Source: Octopus sinensis
Taxonomy: Eukaryota
Assembly (NCBI RefSeq): GCF_006345805.1
Contig: NC_043005.1
Span: 68,138,001 to 68,202,000 of the forward strand
Direction: 5' to 3'
Length of the DNA stretch: 64,000 nt
This document shows positions 37,983 to 51,383 of the stretch, piece after piece (position 1 is the first letter of the stretch; every line of letters begins with the position of its first letter). A program made the translations under genes and the position numbers. A model generated the notes under the pieces. It saw only the letters and a list, made by a program, of their open reading frames with translations, was not told where the DNA came from and did not search any database.

Positions 37983-38291
37983 GTTGAGCTTACGATCGTG
38001 AGGTTGTGAGCTCGAATCCCGGACCGGGCTGCGTTTTGTGTTCTTGAGCAAAGCACTTTATTTCACGTTGCTCCAGTTCACTCAGCTGTAGAAATGAGTT
38101 GCGACATCACTGGTGCCAAGCTGTATCGACCTTTGTCTTTCCCTTGAATAACACTAGTGGCGTGGAGAGGGGAGGCTGGTATGCATGGGCGACTGCTGGT
38201 CTTCCATAAACAACCTTGCCCGGACTTGTGTCTAGGAGGGTAACTTTCTAGGTGCAATCCCATGGTCATTCATGACCGAAGGGGGTCTTTA
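37983..38291 (+). mobile_element. Family C SINE (5'-truncated)
   Basis: GCTTACGATCGTGAGGTTGTGAGCTCGAATCCCGG...CATGACCGAAGGGGGTCTT. Confidence 0.9.
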
Positions 38292-38444
38292 TATATATAT
38301 ATATATATATACACGGGCGGATTGAAGTAAGTGCGCCCTTCTAAGTAACGTTATTACGCCCTTTTCTCCTAGAAATGTATTCCCTTCTGACCTTGTACCC
38401 TTCCTTCGAAAAATTCCTGGGACCGCTCCTGATATATATATATA

Positions 38445-38703
38445 TTCTTTTATTCCGTTATCTGTTTTAGTCATCTGACTGTGGTCATGCCAGAGCATCG
38501 CCTTGAATGATGCCAGTCGAACAACTCGACCCCAGGACTTATTACTTTTAAGCCTGGTACTTATTCTACCGGATCCCTCACCGAAACGCCAAGCTACGGG
38601 AACGCAAACACACCAACATTGGTTGTCAAACTGTGATGAGGGACAAGCACAAACACGAACACACACACAGACACACATACACACACACACACACACACGC
38701 ACG

Positions 38704-38735
<32 letters not shown>

Positions 38736-39056
38736 CACACATACACGCAGTGGACTTCTTTCAGTTTCCGTCTGCCAGATCCTCTCATAAAGCTTTGGTC
38801 GGCCCGATGCTACAGTGGAAGACACTTGTCCAAGGTGTCACGCAGTGGGACTGAACCCGGAACCATGTGGTTGGGAAGCAAGCTTCTTACTACACACACA
38901 CACACACATACAGTGGGCTTCTTTCAGTTTCCGTCTGCCAGATCCACTCATAAAGCATTGGTCGGTCGCATGCTACAGTAGAAGACACTTGCCCAAGGTG
39001 TCACCCAGTGGGACTGAACCCGGAACCATGTGGTTGGGAAGCAAGCTTCTTACAAC
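38445..39056 (-). mobile_element. Family A SINE with tandemly duplicated 5' half
   Basis: Head/body block occurs twice, 163 bp apart (38748 and 38911), separated by (CA)n. Confidence 0.82.
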
Positions 39057-39419
39057 ACACACACACACACACCCACCCACCCGTCCACACCCATACACAC
39101 ATACCCCACCCCCCGAAATATATATATATATTCAATATACGATTATGCATCGAAATAGATGTTGATATTAATATTGATAAAAAAATAAATAAAAACGAAT
39201 ATGAAATACGAAATTCTTTTGCCATTGATCGATATTTTGTGTAATATTACAAAGATGCTGCGCCAGAGTTGGTTAATAATTCTTGATATCAGGAATATAT
39301 CTCTTTTTCCGAATGATTGTATAACCAGTGTGACCTATTAGACTCTTCTTGTCTTAAACAGAATTAATATTCTGATATATATGAGTATCTTGCTGTAGCA
39401 GTTGAAGAGGGTACATACA

Positions 39420-39635
39420 AAACAATCACGAAATACACATACATACACACAAACATACACATATATACATACATTCATACATACATATATACATACGTAC
39501 ATGTAAATTTGCATACACATATATACGTACGTATATACATATATATATATATTGCGTAATTACATACATAAATACAGACATACATACATACATACATGCT
39601 TTACATACATGTACATACACGCACATGCACATACG

Positions 39636-39667
<32 letters not shown>

Positions 39668-39761
39668 ATATGTGTGTGTGTATATTTTTATATATATGTA
39701 TATATACATGTACATATACATATATATGTATATATATATATGTATATATATATATGTGTAT

Positions 39762-39808
<47 letters not shown>

Positions 39809-39865
39809 ATATTTTTATATATATGTATATATACATGTACATATACATATATATGTATATATATA

Positions 39866-39896
<31 letters not shown>

Positions 39897-39897
39897 G

Positions 39898-39934
<37 letters not shown>

Positions 39935-40020
39935 CACACATAAATACATTTATACAGACATAAATACATTTATATATGCGCATGCCTATACATTCACATA
40001 CGCGTGCATACATATATCTA
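39420..40020. repeat. Compound (AT)/(AC)/(GT) microsatellite with internal higher-order duplication
   Basis: The block GTGTGTGTATATTTTTATATATATGTATATATACATGTACATATAC occurs twice. Confidence 0.9.
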
Positions 40021-40049
40021 CATCGTGTGATTCGTATTTAAATTGCGTA

Positions 40050-40660
40050 ACATATAACCAGTATTTAGAGCTCCGTGGACATTCCTATACACCAAAGGAG
40101 AAAACTGCGAGAACCCATTTAATAATCCAAGGGTCCTTTCATTGGTCCGCATAGTTATAAAGAGCACATCGATGGTCAAAGAATTCAGAATGGGTAAGGT
40201 GCGTTTGGCTATGTTGATGTTACCAATTGCAAGGTTTCCAATTCGTGCTGGACGCAAATGGAAGGCGGACGAAATTGCGGTCGAAGCCGTGGCACGAAAT
40301 GGAAGATTTTGGGTGCAGTGTAATCTAACAGGAAATGGATGGGATTTCTGCCTATGAAGATGTTGTTTAGTTCGCAAAGTAGGAATGGCAGGTAGGACTG
40401 TCTGGGTGATGGAAAAGAATGGTAGGTGTCTGTAGCGTAGCTAGAGTGTATGCCGCCCGTAGCAGCCCTTCCATTTGCCGCCTCGAGCCCCACAAAAAAC
40501 CACATACTGCCTACTGCAGACCCCCAAATACCACTCCTTTAAAAGTGCTGCTCGGTGCAGACCGTCCCCTCCACTAGCGTAGCTAGTGGTAGGTCTGCTA
40601 AGACAGCCTAGCACAGCTGTGCCTTCAGTGGATATGCATACAAAGGGAAGAAGTAGATAA
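40050..40660 (-). mobile_element. Possible LINE 5' region / endonuclease start (degenerate)
   Basis: GC-richer non-repetitive block. Minus frame RIGNLAIGNINIAK..ILNSLTIDVLFI weakly resembles APE N-termini. Confidence 0.3.
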
Positions 40661-40689
40661 AGAGACCATCTCATCATATATCCTCGAAT

Positions 40690-40985
40690 CGATCAAATCC
40701 TTGTGAGTGGATTTAGAAACTGAAAGAAGACTGTCGTATGTATATAGGTATATATCTATGCGTGTGTCTTTATGTCTGTGTTTGCCTCCCACCCCACACA
40801 CATACTGCTTGACAACCTGTGTTAGTGTGTTTATGTCTGCGTAACTTAGCGGTGTAGCTAAAAGAAGCTGATAGAATAAGTACCAGGCTGAAAAAGTGTC
40901 CTTGGGTGAATTTGTTCGACTAAAACCCTTCAAGGCGGTGCCCCAGTATGGCTGCAGTCTAATGACTGAAACAATTAAAAGATAA
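40690..40985 (+). mobile_element. Family A SINE (headless)
   Basis: CCTTGTGAGTGGATTT..GAAACTGAAAGAAG...GCAGTCTAATGACTGAAACAA. Confidence 0.8.
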
Positions 40986-42078
40986 AAAATGTAATAGAAA
41001 AGGTTTACAACGCAATGAAGTATATTCAAGAAAATTGTTTCGATATAAACTAAAGAGAAGGCTATTGAACTAATTTGCACGTACTCCTGGATTCACAGAC
41101 ATATTCAGCTAAGTATGTCCATGATCCAAGTTGACATTGATACAGAAGTGTTAACTTGGTGGTTAACAGCAACTGACGAAGGGCTTTAAACGTTTTGAGC
41201 GCATTCTAATGATATATACTGATATATACTGACGTTTCTCATTTAGAAGCTGGGTAGATAAGTCATCATTTTTGATAATACGGATATTCTAGAAACGAAA
41301 TTATAATAACCTGTCTTAGAACTCATTCATTATTGCATTGGACTACTTAGAAAAACATGACCAGAGAGAAATTCTATAGCTAGAAGAAAATGTTCCATTT
41401 TTCTCTTAACCAATTTACTTTCTTTTGTCAATAATCGCATTTATCATTGGTTTAAGTTGATAGAGGCTTTCGTTTGTAATCAAGGCAACTACTTTAAGCT
41501 ATTTACAGAAATATAACTGTTATATGAAATATGTTTTAATAATAAGAGATTTTGTTTGCTAACACAATATTTATACACACACACACACTCAGGAATTTAA
41601 CCAGATGAAATATTTACAAAATAGGAGTCACTTTTATTTAATTCAATCAATGTGTAAACACGAACGTTGCTCTAAGACATCGGAATTACTGTATAGATAC
41701 AGAGGTATGTTATTGAGCCGTCAAGTGCTTACGTAGATCGATGATACGATAACCGTTGAAATAATTTATCTATTTTTCCTGATTCCATTACAATCATAAT
41801 CTAAGAATAATAAAAATAAAAATAATGCCAATAATATTTTTTCCAACCGACGTATTCAGTATATATTCTTCAGATACATTACGCCCTATCTGGAATCATT
41901 CAAGCACCAAAAACTGAGTAGCAACCATTGGCTCAATCCACAGCCTTTAATGCACTGGGTATGTTTTTTTTTTTTACCAAACTCGGGAAGCGTGGTAAAG
42001 TGACCAGGAGTCATCAATTTATTCGATGAAAGAATCTGGGTTGTTGTTTGTTCCTTCCTCGAAGAATGAGAAACATAA

Positions 42079-42360
42079 GGTTCATAGGGGCCGGTTTCCC
42101 GATTTCCTTGGCGTACAGGTTTCCCACCCGGACGGGACGGGATGCCGGTCCGTCGCAGGTGAGCTGCAAGATGCAGGAGGAAAGAGTGAGTGAAAGTTGT
42201 GGCGAAAGAGTCAGCAGAAGTTCGCCATTACCTTCTGCTGGAGCCGCGTGGAGCTTAGGTGTTTTGCTCATAAACTCACACCTCTCCCGGTCTGAGATTC
42301 TAACCCGCGATCCCTCGACCGCGAGTCCGCTGCTCTAACTACTAGGCCATATGCCTCCAC
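42079..42360 (-). mobile_element. Family D SINE (D3 tail)
   Basis: Minus head GTGGAGGCATATGGCCTAGTAGTTAGAGCAGCGGACTCGCGGTCG. Tail GCGACGGACCGGCATCCCGTCC...GGGAAACCGGCCCCTATGAACC. Confidence 0.82.
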
Positions 42361-42565
42361 AAAGAATCTGGGTGAGAATTGTTGATGTCTAACTTCAAAT
42401 TAAAGAAAACAGTGGGAGATCATTTGCTCACGATTTTGCTGTTCATCTTAATGACGATGAACATTAAGCTCGGCAACCTCTAAAAGGGAATTGATCTTCT
42501 GTAACGGTCTTGTTGAAGAAGCTGAAACCTCTCTAACCAACAAGTTTCGATGTAGCGAATATACC

Positions 42566-42983
42566 TATTTCTTTACTACCCACAAGAGGCTAAACACAGA
42601 GAAGACAAACAAAGACAGACAAACGGATTAAGTCGATTATATCGACCCCAGTGCGTAACTGGTACTTATTTAATTGACCCAGAAAGGATGAAAGGCGAAG
42701 TCGACCACAGCGGAATTTGAACTCAGAACGTAGCGGCAGACTAAATACCTATTTCTTTACTGCCCACAAGGGGTTAAACACAGAGAGGAGAAACAAGGAC
42801 AGACAAACGGATTAAGTCGATTACATCGACCTCAGTGCGTAACTGGTACTTATTTAATCGACCTCGAAAGGATGAAAGGCAAAGTCGACCTCGGCGGAAT
42901 TTGAACTCAGAACGTAGCGGCAGACGAAATGCTGCTAAGCATTTCGCCCGGTATGATAACGATTCTGCCAGCTCGCCGCCTTT
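42566..42983 (-). mobile_element. Family B SINE dimer with 17-bp TSD
   Basis: One head and two bodies. TSD GATGTAGCGAATATACC at 42549-42565 and 42984-43000. Confidence 0.93.
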
Positions 42984-43580
42984 GATGTAGCGAATATACC
43001 GGGAGAATAACAGTCACTGATTATATATTCGCTGATGATTCTGTCCTTATAGATAAAACATGAAATACGCTCTTGTCACATATGAAAAAATGCCTATAAT
43101 TTGTAGCTCTGAGTAGGGGTTAAATTGGAACTTGTTGATGCAGTTTATTGTAGGTATTTTTTTTTATACGAAGGGAGAAGATATTGGAATTCATAGGCAC
43201 ATACATACTTTGTGTATATAAACTAATCCACTTGGAATATTCATTGATGTGTGTTTGTTTTGTTTTAAAGATGCATTTCGCTACAAGAACCCTAATCCTG
43301 TCTTGTTCATATAATATAATATATTTTCGATTACTTTACATGGTTTGAGTTCTGTTTCATTCAGTTATTCCATGGAACATTAAATTACATTGCTCCAAGC
43401 CTTTCATTTGGTAAGCTCTTTATTAGATCACCTCCGCATGAAAATATATATTCTTGTTACGTTTTGAGAAATATTTAAACTATATATCACTCAGTCTAGT
43501 GTAATTCAGAACTTGTAGATGTGCTTTACTATAGCATTTTTTCCCCCTTTTTTCGTGCAAAGAGAAGTAATTCGAATTCA

Positions 43581-43664
43581 TAGATATTTCAGCTTAGCGC
43601 AATAATCTAAATATTTCAGCTTAGCGCAATAATCTAGATATTTCATCTTAGCGCAATAATCTAG
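43581..43664. repeat. 27-bp minisatellite x3
   Basis: TA(G/A)ATATTTCA(G/T)CTTAGCGCAATAATC repeated with no spacers. Confidence 0.92.
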
Positions 43665-44769
43665 GGTTACTCCAATATTAGCGAGTGTTTCAATAGCTAG
43701 TCGGTAGATCCAAACCAGCGAGAGTTATTCTTCAGTTAAGCAGTCTGCTAAACGAAATTTTCAACTGTAACAGCGCCTCACTCATCTGTATTAAAAAAAA
43801 AAATTAATCAATTCCATATGCTGCGTCTATACATTTGTTTTGCAAGATTCCTGATGGGAAACCATATGTTGAGACAGATATTGTTCTATCTCGAGATGGT
43901 CATTTTGCTTTTCTTTTTTTTTTGTTTTTGCCAAATAACCATACGCACTCTATACTCATTCTTCACTTCAGCTCTATCATTATTCTTATTTTAGTGTCCT
44001 TGTCTAAAATCTTTCGTCACGAATCCTGTGACCTCTTCAGCGACTCTTCATCCCATATGTCTCCTCCTGACCATCCAGTTTCCCATGCTTTCAACAACAG
44101 AAATTTCGATTTCGTTCCAAAATACACCCTTTCAAATATCTTTCATTTTTCTCTCGAATTTTTATTAGTTTTTTTTTTTTTGGTGGGGAGGTGTGGTGGT
44201 ACCCCACGGGGAAAATACAGAGCTTACGATTCTGGGGTAAATTTTTCTGGAGAATAATTTTAAAATTTCAAATTTTTGAATCAAAATTTTGAAATGCTGC
44301 TTTGGCGGATACAGTCGTAGTCTCTGTTGATGAAAACATAGGATTCCATAAGTATTGTTCGATAACCATTAATATTGATTTCATATTTTTGTACAAGGCC
44401 AGCAATTTCGGTGGAGTGGGTAATTAGCTATACCGTGAACACCAAAAGTAGAAAAGTTGCCTGATTTTCAAAGACAGCGTATTGTGGGTCCATCTCAGAG
44501 CGGGGTCAGCTGTAGTAAGATTGTATAAAACCTTGGGATTTCTCTTACCGAAGTCAACAGAATGATTGTACAATTCACCAGCAAAGGAAAGACTCAAGGA
44601 CATCTTGCTCAGGTAGACGCGAGCCCTCCGACAGATGTTTTCGGGCCGTCAAGCGGATTGCTGAAAATAATTATCGCTGTAAGTCAGATGCTGCTGCAAT
44701 GCAACGCCAAATAAGATGGATTATTTCTATGAGGTATCTTCATCAACTTAGCTATTGAAATGAAAACAA

Positions 44770-45552
44770 GGCATACTTTCGATAGCTGTACACGAAAAGT
44801 GAAAGTCCTTCTTCGACAATTTCCGTAATTTTTTTTTTATTTCTTTAATTTTCTAAACTGCTTGTGTTTATGCTTTTTGTGTTAATATGTATGTGTTTAT
44901 GTGTGTATAAAAGTACTGCATATATATGAGTATTTGTATATGTGTATACATATACAAAATATTATCAGAAAAATATAGCATTATATATCCATCGCGGCTG
45001 ATCTTATCAATCGGTTTCGAGCAAGGGATACAATGGAGTGTTTGGTAACAATCCGATTAAATAACTTTACGCTCATCAGAGTTAGCAGATATGGAAGGGA
45101 ATACGGCGATTGCTCCGCCAGAGCAGTCGCCATATTTCCTTTCATATCGGCTAACTCTGATGAGCTTAAGGTTTTATAATCGGATTGTTACCTAACACTC
45201 CATTGTATTCCTTGCGCGAAACCGACTGGTAAGATAATCCACGATGGATATATAATACTATATTTTTCGGATAATATACCCACTCTATTGAAAGATGCAC
45301 GAGTGCATCTCTTCGCTGACTTATAGTCTCTCAGATGACTCATGTACACATACAAATATGCATACATGCACATAAACACAAACGTATACTTACATACACA
45401 AATATACATACACGCACATAAACACATACACATATACACGAAAAAGTACATTAACACAAGCGGTTCAGAAAATTAAAGAAATAAAGATTTTTTTACGGAA
45501 ATTGCCGAAGAAAGGCTTTCACTTTTTCACGTCCAGCTATCAAAAGAATGCC
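44770..45552. mobile_element. Outer MITE-like element with ~110-bp TIRs
   Basis: 44770-44880 is the diverged reverse complement of about 45440-45552. Confidence 0.72.
44959..45277. mobile_element. Inner hairpin MITE
   Basis: Arms 44959-45115 and 45121-45277 separated by only 5 nt (CGCCA). Confidence 0.82.
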
Positions 45553-46119
45553 GGAAATAAAAGTACATTAGTAAGTTTGAAGCATCAAGTAATGTCTGCA
45601 TAGTTAAAACGGTATAACGAGAGGTGTACATTTACTGCTGAGACGTCTTTGTATTTTCGAGGACTGTAAAATTACGGCAACAGTCTTCTAGTTTGCCTGG
45701 TTTGTTCGATTTTCAACCGAGGTCAGCATAACCTCCATGTTAGCTTGCCCTCGACACCTCATATATATATAGGGAGAGAGAGAGGCAGTTACATACTTGT
45801 ATTTTGTAAATATTTATATAATCCAGTGATTATTTATTTAATCTATTGTCTGTTATTATTTGCTTTAACTTATATTGATCTACGCATAAAGAAAAAATCT
45901 GTCTTACCAATAATCACTTCTTAATATATTGAAACAGAGATCAGGGGTGAAATGAATCTATTTAGTTTGCCGGCAGGCTTTTAATACTTTGCAGGAGCAA
46001 TGTAGATAACCTCATAAAAGTAAATAAAAGAGAATACTGTACAGAAAAATAAACAAAATGAAAGTACATATACAGGTACGAAGCGGATTTCGGAATTCGA
46101 TTTTATGTTTCCATGTTAG

Positions 46120-46423
46120 GGTATTGAATAATTTTTAGTTTCATAAAAATAGGTAGATAGATGTCTATTTCTTTCCACGGGGAAACCTCACCTGTCCTCC
46201 CCTTTACACTTCATATTGACATTTCTGTGATAACGATCCCTATTGATCAATTTCCCCCCCCTTTTTTTTTTAAATTTTATTCCCCCCTATTTTGTCCTCT
46301 TTCTTTCCCTTTACGATCCCTTTTGATCGAAAACCAAACCCCCCTTTTTTACCCCCAGAAGAAAAGCTCTACCTTGTAATTTGTCCTGTCTGTGTGCAGC
46401 CCTGTGTGGCTAATAAAGAAACA

Positions 46424-46504
<81 letters not shown>
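46120..46504 (+). mobile_element. LINE 3' UTR fragment with AATAAA and (ATCT)n tail
   Basis: CTCTACCTTGTAATTTGTCC...GTGTGGCTAATAAAGAAA then (ATCT)20, homologous to 47015-47072. The left boundary is approximate. Confidence 0.55.
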
Positions 46505-46507
46505 CCC

Positions 46508-47232
<725 letters not shown>

Positions 47233-47294
47233 AAAGTCATAGACAAGCAAGACAGGCGAGACATCGATGTCTGTCGCTCTAAAAAAAAAAGCCA

Positions 47295-48003
47295 GCGGGA
47301 TTTGATGTGAGTTGACTCGCAAGGGTTTTACAAAAGCAACCAACGCATTTGGTAAACTCCATCGTCGTCTATGGAATGAAAGCGATATTAAACTTGACTC
47401 AAACTACAGGTCTATACAGCTGCCATTTTTACTACTCTCTCATATAGCTCAGAATCGTGGACACCCTATAGACAGCACATTAACCAACTAGACATCTACA
47501 AAAGCTCTCTCAGGACAGTCTGCGGCTATTCACTAAACGACTCATGCCGACCGTTTAACAAGTGTAAGATTGGTGGAATCTAAAGCTTCCTTATGCAGTC
47601 GTAATTGCGCTGGGCTGTCCATGTCGTCAGAATGAGTGACGAAAGAATACCTAAAGTTCTCATATGAAGTCAGCTTGATAATGGGCCAAGGAATGTTGGT
47701 CGACCCTGGCTCAGATATAAGGACAAGCTGAAGGGTAACCTCTCAGAAGTCAAAATAGATCACAACACCTTTGAGCAAATCGCACTGGAGCGAACAAAAC
47801 GGCGATAGTCGTCTCAAAATGGTATAAGAAACTTTGTTGCAACCAGCATTAACAGGCTTAGGGATGCAAGGCAAAAGAAAAAAGCGGCTGCAAATATACC
47901 ACCTGCATTGATCCGTAATCCTCATACTTGCAACATTTGTAGGCTTCTTTGCAAATTGTTGGTGGGACTCACATGTCACATTTGACATAAGCATTATGAC
48001 TGA
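47295..48003 (+). mobile_element. RTE-clade LINE 3' remnant
   Basis: KATNAFGKLHRRLW, KLQVY.AAIL, ESWT, LRWAVHVVRMSDERIPK, GRPWLRYKDKLKGNL and terminal C2H2-like CNICRLLCK.LVGL.CH, with frameshifts. Confidence 0.8.
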
Positions 48004-48020
48004 CAAAGAAAGAGTAGGTT

Positions 48021-48299
48021 CATTATTTACATTATTTACATTTGACGGATATTTGTCCTCATCTTGTTTGTTAACACAACGTTTCGGCTGATATACCCTC
48101 TATCCTTCATCAGGTGTCTTGGGGAAATTTTAAACCTGGGTTCTCACACCTAAGGTATTTTTCGATGTTATTATTATTATTATTACTATTATTCAGGTCA
48201 CTGCCTGGAATCGAACTCGGAATCTTGGGGTTAGTAGCCCGCGCTCTTAATCAATACGCCATATGCCCACGGGCATAATAACATCAAAAAATACCATAG

Positions 48300-48345
<46 letters not shown>

Positions 48346-48545
48346 TAATAATAATATCGCAAGATACCTTAGGAATGAGAACCCAGGTTCGAAATTTCCC
48401 CAAGACACTTGATAAAGGCTGGAGAGTATATCAACCGAAAAGTTGTGTTAATAACAAACAAGATGAGGACAAATATCCGTCAAATGTAAATTATGTAAAT
48501 AATGTAAATAATGTACATAATTCCTCATCTCTTAAATATGGAACT
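48021..48545. mobile_element. tRNA-headed, hammerhead-tailed element inserted as an inverted pair with 13-bp TSD
   Basis: TSD GAAAGAGTAGGTT at 48008-48020 and 48546-48558. The minus copy has A/B boxes (48192-48272), (AAT)n and the tail. The plus copy has the tail only. Hairpin TATGCCC-AC-GGGCATA marks the inversion point. Confidence 0.85.
48073..48118 (-). ncRNA. Minimal type I hammerhead motif
   Basis: GACAC-CTGATGA-A-GGATAG...CAGCC-GAAA-CG-TT-GTGTT. Stem II has two mismatches in this copy. Comparison with the plus copy (48404-48449) gives consensus GGCTG/CAGCC. Confidence 0.65.
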
Positions 48546-48620
48546 GAAAGAGTAGGTTGTCCGATCCTCATACACCGAGCCGACGGGTGAGTCCATTATA
48601 TTATATTATATTATATTATA

Positions 48621-49008
48621 CCAGCAGTATCCCCCGGCGTTGCTCGGGTTTGTAAGGGAAATAACTATAAAGCATTTTTAGAGAGTTATAGCCAAAAAAT
48701 AGCAAAAAAATGCATTAAAAATGAAAAAAATATGATGGTAAATTTTTTTATAAATCGTTGACTCATCGTAGACATTTTTAGACAGTTACTTCCCTTTAAA
48801 AAAATATGCATTAAAATGGAAAAAATTATGATAAATTATTTTTAAAATCGTAGACTCATGTTGACGCGCGCTAATACCCAGAAGGGCTCGATATGAATCA
48901 CGACTATAAGATACCCGGTTTTGGTTAAACTGCACCGTAAAATGTGGGAGTAGTTAGGAATCTAAATCGGAGTAGACAGACACACAACCTTACTTTTATA
49001 TATAAAGA
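48621..49008 (-). mobile_element. Non-autonomous Helitron (second copy)
   Basis: Minus A|TC start at 49008, CCCGAGCAACGCCGGG hairpin and CTGG|T end. Homologous to 9057-9449 with internal rearrangement. Confidence 0.85.
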
Positions 49009-49029
49009 TTATATTATATTATATTATAT

Positions 49030-49095
<66 letters not shown>

Positions 49096-49204
49096 TATAT
49101 ATATGTATATATCTTCTATCTTTTGTTTCAGTCATTTGCCTGCGGTGATCCTGGGGTATCGGCTTGAAGGATTATAGCAGAGAAATGCTATTAATAAAAA
49201 AAAG

Positions 49205-49404
49205 GTAGCAGCCGTGGTTGTGTAGTAAAAGGTTTGTTTCTCAACCACATGGCTCCGAGTTCAGTCCCAATAAGTGACGCCTTGGACAAGTGTCTTTTAC
49301 TATGGCTTTGGACCGACTAAATCTTTGGTGGACGGAAAATGAAAGAAACCCGTCGTGTGTGTGTGTGTTTGTGTGTGTGTGTGCGTGTGAGAGAGTGAGT
49401 GAGT

Positions 49405-49459
<55 letters not shown>

Positions 49460-49581
49460 CACCGCTTGACAGCTAGGGTTGCTGTGTTTACGTCCTCGTA
49501 ACTTAGTGGTTCAGCAAAAGAGAAGGCTTAATTAAAGTACTGGAGTCAATTAATTCGACTAAAATTCTGCAGCAGTCGTCC
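49205..49581 (+). mobile_element. Diverged family A SINE with internal (GT)/(GA)n
   Basis: AACCACATGGCTCCGAGTTCAGTCCC, CCTTGGACAAGTGTC, TTTACGTCCTCGTAACTTAG. Confidence 0.72.
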
Positions 49582-50151
49582 CTGGATATTTATCCTCTTC
49601 TACAACTGTCTTCATTTTATAAACTATGCCGTTACTCTGTTGTGTTCATTCATAAGCATCATCTATGCTTCTCTAGTCTTTCTCAGATCTGCTATCACGG
49701 CTACATTATGCTTCGCTAAAGAGGCCTAATAAAGCTGAAACGTATGCACAGATCTCACCATATTTTCTAAAGGTCATACTCACTTACTTCTGCATTCCAC
49801 ATCTCATTACAAGCATCTCCGCGTAACAGAAACGTTGCGTTCCTCGAAATTTTGTCCTAACGTGGAATTCTGTAACGCGGAAGCTATTTTCCAATGATTT
49901 CATGTTACATGGAAAATAATGAACAGGAACGTAGATGGGAAATACGTTTCGCTTCATAGAATTTCATGTTACAGCAAGAATTTCAAGCAGGCAACGTTTC
50001 CGTAAAGAGGGGGTTGTTTGTAATTTTAACTATTTCAAATTTCAGTGCTCTTTCATCCTACCATTTCTCCTTTACCAAAATTGTTCTTACGATTAAGTCT
50101 AAATTTAATTGATTTACATTTCTTGTCATTACTAGATCCTATATGCTAGCA

Positions 50152-50530
50152 GTGGAGGCGCAATGGCCCAGTGGTTAGGGCAGCGGACTCGCGGTCGTAG
50201 GATCGCGGTTTCGATTCCCAGACCGGGCGTTGTAAGTGTTTATTGAGCGAAAACACCTAAAGCTCCACGAGGCTCCGGCAGGGATGGTGGTGATCCCTGC
50301 TGTATTCTTTCACCACAACTTTCTCTCACTCTTACTTCCTGTTTCTATTGTACCTGTATTTCAAAGGGCCGGCCTTGTCACTCTCTGTGTCACGCTGAAT
50401 ATCCCCGAGAACTACGTTAAGGGTACACGTGTCTGCGGAGTGCTCAGCCACTTACACGTTAATTTCACGAGCAGGCTGTTCCGTTGATCGGATCAACCGG
50501 AACCCTCGTCGTCGTAACCGACGGAGTGCT
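50152..50530 (+). mobile_element. Family D SINE (full length, D1 tail)
   Basis: A box TGGCCCAGTGG and B box GGTTTCGATTCCC. The tail matches 10259-10466. Confidence 0.9.
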
Positions 50531-51067
50531 AAGTAGTAGGAACCAAGAAAGAGTAGTTATACCAGGGCTTGAGACACGCTAACCAATCTGCTAAAGGTGC
50601 TTCGGTACCCTTAGTCACGATAACATTTTTCCTTTATTGTACTATGTTGCTCTTTGCTGTTTATATTAATTTATATATACGTAACATGGTATAATTATAA
50701 ATAGGGCAAATTTTAGCCATTTCTCCGCAGACTGAAAAAGAAGAAAAAAAAATCGATGAACTATCTCAATCGATTTTCGAACCTTATAGGGTTCTCGTCA
50801 GTGGCGTCCACATCATTTTGACAAACTCCAGAGAAGCAAACAGCCAAACTGTTTATATACTCAACAAATGCAGCAGTTATTCTATGAAGGAATCCCTAAT
50901 TTGCATACTGAAAGTGTTTAACATCCTATAAATACCAGCGGCCTGTGAACGGGGCTCATAGTTCACACAGTATCAAGGTATGATGTAATATATACGTAAC
51001 ATTTCTCCGCAGACTGAAAAAAATGATGAACAACCTTAATCGATTTTCGAACCATATTGGGTTCTCA

Positions 51068-51287
51068 TGTGTGTGTGTTTGTGTGTGTTCGACTTCCACC
51101 ACCACCTGACAACAGGTATTGGTGTTTACGTCCTCGTAACTTAACTGTTCGGCAAAAGAGAAAGACAGAATAAGTACCAGGCTTTAAAAAAAAATAGTAC
51201 TGGGGTCAATTTATTTGTCTAAGAATTCTTCAAGACAGTACCCCAGCATGGCCGCAGTCTAATGATTGAAACATGTAAAAAATAAAA
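51068..51287 (+). mobile_element. Family A SINE 3' half
   Basis: TTTACGTCCTCGTAACTTAACTGTTCGGCAAAAGAG...CAGCATGGCCGCAGTCTAATGATTGAAAC. Confidence 0.78.
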
Positions 51288-51383
51288 CTTAAAAGATTAT
51301 TATTAATTTTTTTTCCTTTAATTAACTTTTCAACACTAATCCACATGAAATTGCCTCTATAAAAGCGTGAACATAATTGAAAT

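Noticed and set aside
41180-41215. CTGACGAAGGGC..AAACGTT hammerhead-like relic (a similar one lies at about 49705-49745)
   Set aside because: Stem II strand deleted or core mutated, so too degenerate to call.
43581-43664. Possible CRISPR array
   Set aside because: Three abutting 27-bp units with no spacers, so a minisatellite.
45160-45175. CTGATGA as a hammerhead core
   Set aside because: It lies in a MITE arm with no correctly placed GAAA/NUH or stems.
48192-50230. tRNA genes at SINE heads (e.g. 5111, 48192, 50152, 53690)
   Set aside because: A/B boxes are present, but the acceptor stem and cloverleaf are incomplete and each head runs into a repeat body.
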